Source: Pseudomonadota bacterium
GTDB taxonomy: Bacteria; Pseudomonadota; Gammaproteobacteria; SURF-13
Reading direction: 5' to 3'
Length of the DNA: 64,000 nt
Assembly (NCBI GenBank): GCA_040756035.1
Contig: JBFLZV010000003.1
Span: 11,970 to 75,969 of the forward strand
The notes under the pieces: generated by a model
The model's database searches: none
The model's input: the letters and a program-made list of their open reading frames with translations, nothing else
Told to the model about the DNA's origin: nothing
Program-made: the position numbers and the translations under genes
Shown: positions 60,414 to 64,000 of the stretch, in pieces
How positions within the stretch are numbered: the stretch's first letter is position 1
How the letters are laid out: the number at the start of each line of letters is the position of its first letter

Positions 60414-63094
60414 CGATCGGCCACGGCGTGGCGCCGGAAACGGGCGGCAGCCGGCAAACTCTTTTCGAGAGCAGCCCCGCCTGGCCTCCCGTCGATCACC
60501 ACGCCGCCACGCTCAAGCGTTATCGCGACCTGCTGCACGAGGCCAACCAAACGCTGCGCCGCCGATTCCTCGACGGCGCGCCCATCGCCGCGCTGGTGCA
60601 CGGCCGCGCGCGGCTCATCGACCATCTGCTCAAACACGTGTGGACGGAAATCTGCTCCGCGCCGCCCGGCGACATCGCCCTGATCGCGGTGGGCGGCTAC
60701 GGACGCGGCGAGCTGCATCCCGGCTCGGACGTCGATCTGCTGATCTTACTTGCCGATGATACACATGCGGCGACACAGAAAAACGTCGAGCGCTTCATTA
60801 CGTTTTTGTGGGACATCGGGCTGGAGGTCGGCCACAGCGTGCGCTCGCCGGCGGAGTGCGTGCGCGAGGCCGACGCCGACATCACCGTCGCCACCAATTT
60901 GATGGAAGCGCGTTTACTCATCGGCCCATCCGCGCTGTTCCGCGCCATGCAGGACAGCACCGGCCCGCAACACATCTGGCCCAGCCGTCGATTCTTCGAG
61001 GCCAAATGGCGCGAGCAAATCCAGCGCCACCATAAATATCATGACACCGCCTACAACCTCGAGCCCAATATCAAAGAAGGCCCCGGCGGCCTGCGCGACA
61101 TCCAAATGATCGGCTGGGTGGCCAAGCGCCACTTCGGCGCCGCCACGCTGCACGACTTGGTCGGACACGGCTTCCTCACCGAGCAGGAATTCGCCGCGCT
61201 CGACGCCGGTCAAAATTTTCTCTGGCAAATCCGCTTCGGCCTGCACACCCTGGCGCAGCGCCGCGAAGATCGTTTATTACTTGATTACCAGCGCAGCCTG
61301 GCCCAGCAGTTCGGCTATCAAGACGACGCCCATCATCTGGCCGTCGAACAGTTCATGAAGCGCTACTACCGCACCGTCATGGAACTGAGCCGCTTGAACG
61401 AAATGCTGCTGCAATTATTTCAAGAAGCCATCCTGCTGGCCGACGAGCCGCACGCACCGGTGGCGCTCAACAAGCGCTTTCAGGCGCGCAACCAGTTCAT
61501 CGAAGTTACGCACGAAAAAGTTTTTCAGCATTACCCGTTTGCATTATTGGAAATCTTTCTGCTGCTTGCGCAACACCGCGAACTGCAAGGCGTGCGCGCA
61601 TCCACCATACGCCTGATCCGCAACCACCGTCATCTGATCGATGACAAATTCCGCGCCGATCTGCGTTGCCGCGCGCTGTTCATGGAACTGCTGCGCCAAC
61701 CCTCCGGCATCGCCCACGAACTGCAACGCATGAACCGCTACGGCGTGCTCGGCGCCTACCTGCCGGCGTTCGGCGACATCGTCGGCCAAATGCAGCATGA
61801 TTTATTCCACGTCTACACCGTGGACGAACACACGCTGTTTTTACTACGCAACCTGCGCCGCTTCGCGCTGGAAAAATTCGCCCATGAATTTCCGTTGTGC
61901 AGCGAAATTTTCCAGCGCCTGCCCAAACCCGAAATTCTTTATCTGGCCGGCTTGTTTCACGACATCGCCAAAGGCCGCGGCGGCGACCATTCCGAACTCG
62001 GCGCGCACGAGGCGCTGGCGTTTTGCCTGCATCACGGCATGAGCCGCTACGACGCCAATCTCGTCGCCTGGCTGGTGCAGTATCACCTCATCATGTCCGC
62101 CACCGCGCAGCGCCAGGACATCGGCGATCCGGCGGTCATCAACGCCTTCGCCGCGCGCGTGCGCGATCAAACACATTTGGATTATCTCTACCTGCTCACC
62201 GTAGCCGACATCCGCGCCACCAATCCCACGCTGTGGAATGACTGGAAAAATTCGCTGCTCATGGAACTCTACGCGGCAACCACGCGCGCGCTCGCGCGCG
62301 GCCTGGAAAATCCCTTGGAACGCGCCGAACGCATCCGTGAAACGCAAGCGCAGGCGCAGGAATTATTGCAACGCCAAGGCGTGGAACATGACGCGACCCG
62401 CAAACTCTGGAACGAGTTGGGCGACGATTATTTTTTGCGTTACGCGCCGGACGAAATCGCCTGGCACGCGCAGGCCATTTTGGCCGCGCGCGACGCACCG
62501 CTCATCCTCATGCGCCAGCGCGGCCAACGCGGCGGCACCGAACTATTCATTTACGCGCCGGACCGGGACTATTTATTCGCCGCCATCACCGGCGCGCTCG
62601 ATCAACTGGGACTCAACGTGCACGACGCCCGCATCGTTACCGCGCGCAACGGCTACACGCTCAACAGCTTCATCATCCTCGAAGAATCCGGCGCGGCCAT
62701 CGAAGGCGTACAGCGCAACGCGGAAATCGCCGCCGCGCTCAAACGCCAACTGCTCGAACCCGGCGCGCCCGGCACGCACGTCACCCGCCGCGTGCGCCGC
62801 CAACTCAAACACTTCCCCATCGCCACGCAAGTCTCCTTCGATCAAGACACGCGCAATCAACGCACCATCATGGAAGTCGTCACCGCCGACCGCCCCGGCC
62901 TGCTGGCCAAAGTGGGCAAGGCGTTCGTGGAATGCGGCGTGCGCCTGCAAACCGCCAAAATCGCCACCCTCGGCGCCCGCGCCGAAGACATCTTCTTCAT
63001 CACCGACGCCCACAACCGCCCCCTCACCGATATATCTCAACTCACGCGCCTACGTAAGGCGATCGTCAAATACTTGGACACGGCGTCCGGTTAG
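60410..63094 (+). CDS. glnD: [protein-PII] uridylyltransferase/uridylyl-removing enzyme GlnD
   Basis: NT domain GGYGRGELHPGSDVDLL, HD domain, two C-terminal ACT domains; TTG/GTG start overlapping the map stop. Confidence 0.92.
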   Translation: MTIGHGVAPETGGSRQTLFESSPAWPPVDHHAATLKRYRDLLHEANQTLRRRFLDGAPIAALVHGRARLIDHLLKHVWTEICSAPPGDIALIAVGGYGRGELHPGSDVDLLILLADDTHAATQKNVERFITFLWDIGLEVGHSVRSPAECVREADADITVATNLMEARLLIGPSALFRAMQDSTGPQHIWPSRRFFEAKWREQIQRHHKYHDTAYNLEPNIKEGPGGLRDIQMIGWVAKRHFGAATLHDLVGHGFLTEQEFAALDAGQNFLWQIRFGLHTLAQRREDRLLLDYQRSLAQQFGYQDDAHHLAVEQFMKRYYRTVMELSRLNEMLLQLFQEAILLADEPHAPVALNKRFQARNQFIEVTHEKVFQHYPFALLEIFLLLAQHRELQGVRASTIRLIRNHRHLIDDKFRADLRCRALFMELLRQPSGIAHELQRMNRYGVLGAYLPAFGDIVGQMQHDLFHVYTVDEHTLFLLRNLRRFALEKFAHEFPLCSEIFQRLPKPEILYLAGLFHDIAKGRGGDHSELGAHEALAFCLHHGMSRYDANLVAWLVQYHLIMSATAQRQDIGDPAVINAFAARVRDQTHLDYLYLLTVADIRATNPTLWNDWKNSLLMELYAATTRALARGLENPLERAERIRETQAQAQELLQRQGVEHDATRKLWNELGDDYFLRYAPDEIAWHAQAILAARDAPLILMRQRGQRGGTELFIYAPDRDYLFAAITGALDQLGLNVHDARIVTARNGYTLNSFIILEESGAAIEGVQRNAEIAAALKRQLLEPGAPGTHVTRRVRRQLKHFPIATQVSFDQDTRNQRTIMEVVTADRPGLLAKVGKAFVECGVRLQTAKIATLGARAEDIFFITDAHNRPLTDISQLTRLRKAIVKYLDTASG

Positions 63095-63966
63095 TACTTC
63101 ATCTCGCGCGCCGCGAGGTAGGCCGCGGCGATGACCAGCGCGCCGCCCAGCCATTCTTGCGGGAGTATCGTTTCGTCGCTGAGCAGTTGCGCGGACACCG
63201 CGCCGGCCACGAGTTCGAACAGTAGAATTACCGCCGAGCGGTGCACCGGCATGTGCGTGACGCCGTACTGCACGGCGAGCGTCATGATGGTGATGCCGAA
63301 CCAGCCCAGCGCGATCGCGCCGGTGAAATTCGCCAGCGTCCACGCGGGCATGGGCGTATGAGCCGCGGCGATCCATAGCGCGGCCAGCAGCGCCCCGCCC
63401 CACCACACCGCGATGGTCTTGATCGGCACGGAGACTTCCTGCCCCTTGCGCACCAGCACGTTGGACAGCGCAAAGGTCAACCCCGCGCCGATGGCCAGCC
63501 AATCCGCGCGCGACGCCGGCCAGGGCGCACCGGCGTCTGCGTCCCACAGCATGATGAGCGCGCCGCTCATGGCCAGGGCGACATGCAGCCAGGCGCGTCT
63601 GGACAAATGCTCGCGCAGCAATAACCATCCCAACAACGCGGCCCACACCGGCGAAAGATAGAACAGCAGCAACACCCGCACCACGTGGCCTTCGATCACC
63701 GCCAGGATGAACGTCACGTTGCACCAGCCAGCCGTCAGGCCCAGCGCGAACAGCAGCCACGGATGCCGCCGCATCTCGCCGCGTCGCCGCCATAGCCACG
63801 GCAGGCTGATGAGCGTTACGGCAAGGTACATCACCAGCGAAGACCACAGGCCGCCGACGCCACCCTGCTCCAACAGGCGCAGCGGATACCAGAACACGCC
63901 CCACAGCGTAGCGCCGAGCAGCAAGCTGAAAACCGGCAACATGGCGGATGGATGATTGGATGGCAT
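63091..63966 (-). CDS. DMT-superfamily (EamA-like) transporter
   Basis: 291 aa, ~10 TM segments, two EamA-like halves. Confidence 0.75.
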   Translation of the reverse strand: MPSNHPSAMLPVFSLLLGATLWGVFWYPLRLLEQGGVGGLWSSLVMYLAVTLISLPWLWRRRGEMRRHPWLLFALGLTAGWCNVTFILAVIEGHVVRVLLLFYLSPVWAALLGWLLLREHLSRRAWLHVALAMSGALIMLWDADAGAPWPASRADWLAIGAGLTFALSNVLVRKGQEVSVPIKTIAVWWGGALLAALWIAAAHTPMPAWTLANFTGAIALGWFGITIMTLAVQYGVTHMPVHRSAVILLFELVAGAVSAQLLSDETILPQEWLGGALVIAAAYLAAREMKY

Positions 63967-64000
63967 GCAAGAAGGGCTTATAATGGCGCTTTTCTATTAA

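Overview
High-GC (~65%) gammaproteobacterial-type chromosomal segment. Most of the window is conserved housekeeping synteny, almost all on the minus strand. The blocks are hom with an upstream aminotransferase, surE-pcm-dedA-nlpD, pyrG-kdsA-eno-ftsB, tilS-accA, dnaE-rnhB-lpxB-lpxA-fabZ-lpxD-skp-bamA-rseP-dxr-cdsA-uppS-frr-pyrH-tsf-rpsB, and divergent map-glnD. Two things stand out.

(1) A ~22 kb, five-gene hybrid NRPS-PKS island (11.8-34.1 kb, all minus strand) is wedged between ftsB and ispD-ispF, which are normally adjacent. Its genes are: a free-standing A(N-MT)-T didomain; an FkbH-like(HAD phosphatase/glyceryl-loading)-T-C-A-T protein; a KS-AT(malonyl, HAFH)-ACP-aminotransferase-C-A-T protein (MycA/McyE-like beta-amination logic); a C-A-T-TE protein whose thioesterase carries GxCxG (Cys) in place of GxSxG; and an Sfp-type PPTase. 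Two of its A domains share a 603-bp near-identical direct repeat, with a third diverged copy. The island has its own AT-rich promoter regions carrying a TACTTGC/GCAAGTA palindromic motif. I see no transporter, regulator, MbtH or type II TE gene within it.

(2) The intergenic spaces are densely populated by at least four families of small structured repeats. These are an IR-flanked MITE-like family built on GCCAAGACGCAAAG, a ~130-bp multi-hairpin element, GA/CT-rich long hairpins including a (CTTTTCC)x5 microsatellite, and GGTAATGGGTRA REP-like units.

A small c-di-GMP module (exported hypothetical + periplasmic binding-like protein + HAMP-GGDEF-EAL) and an Smr-domain gene sit between surE and ispF. 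No tRNA, rRNA or CRISPR was seen. Many long antisense ORFs in the track are GC-driven artefacts.
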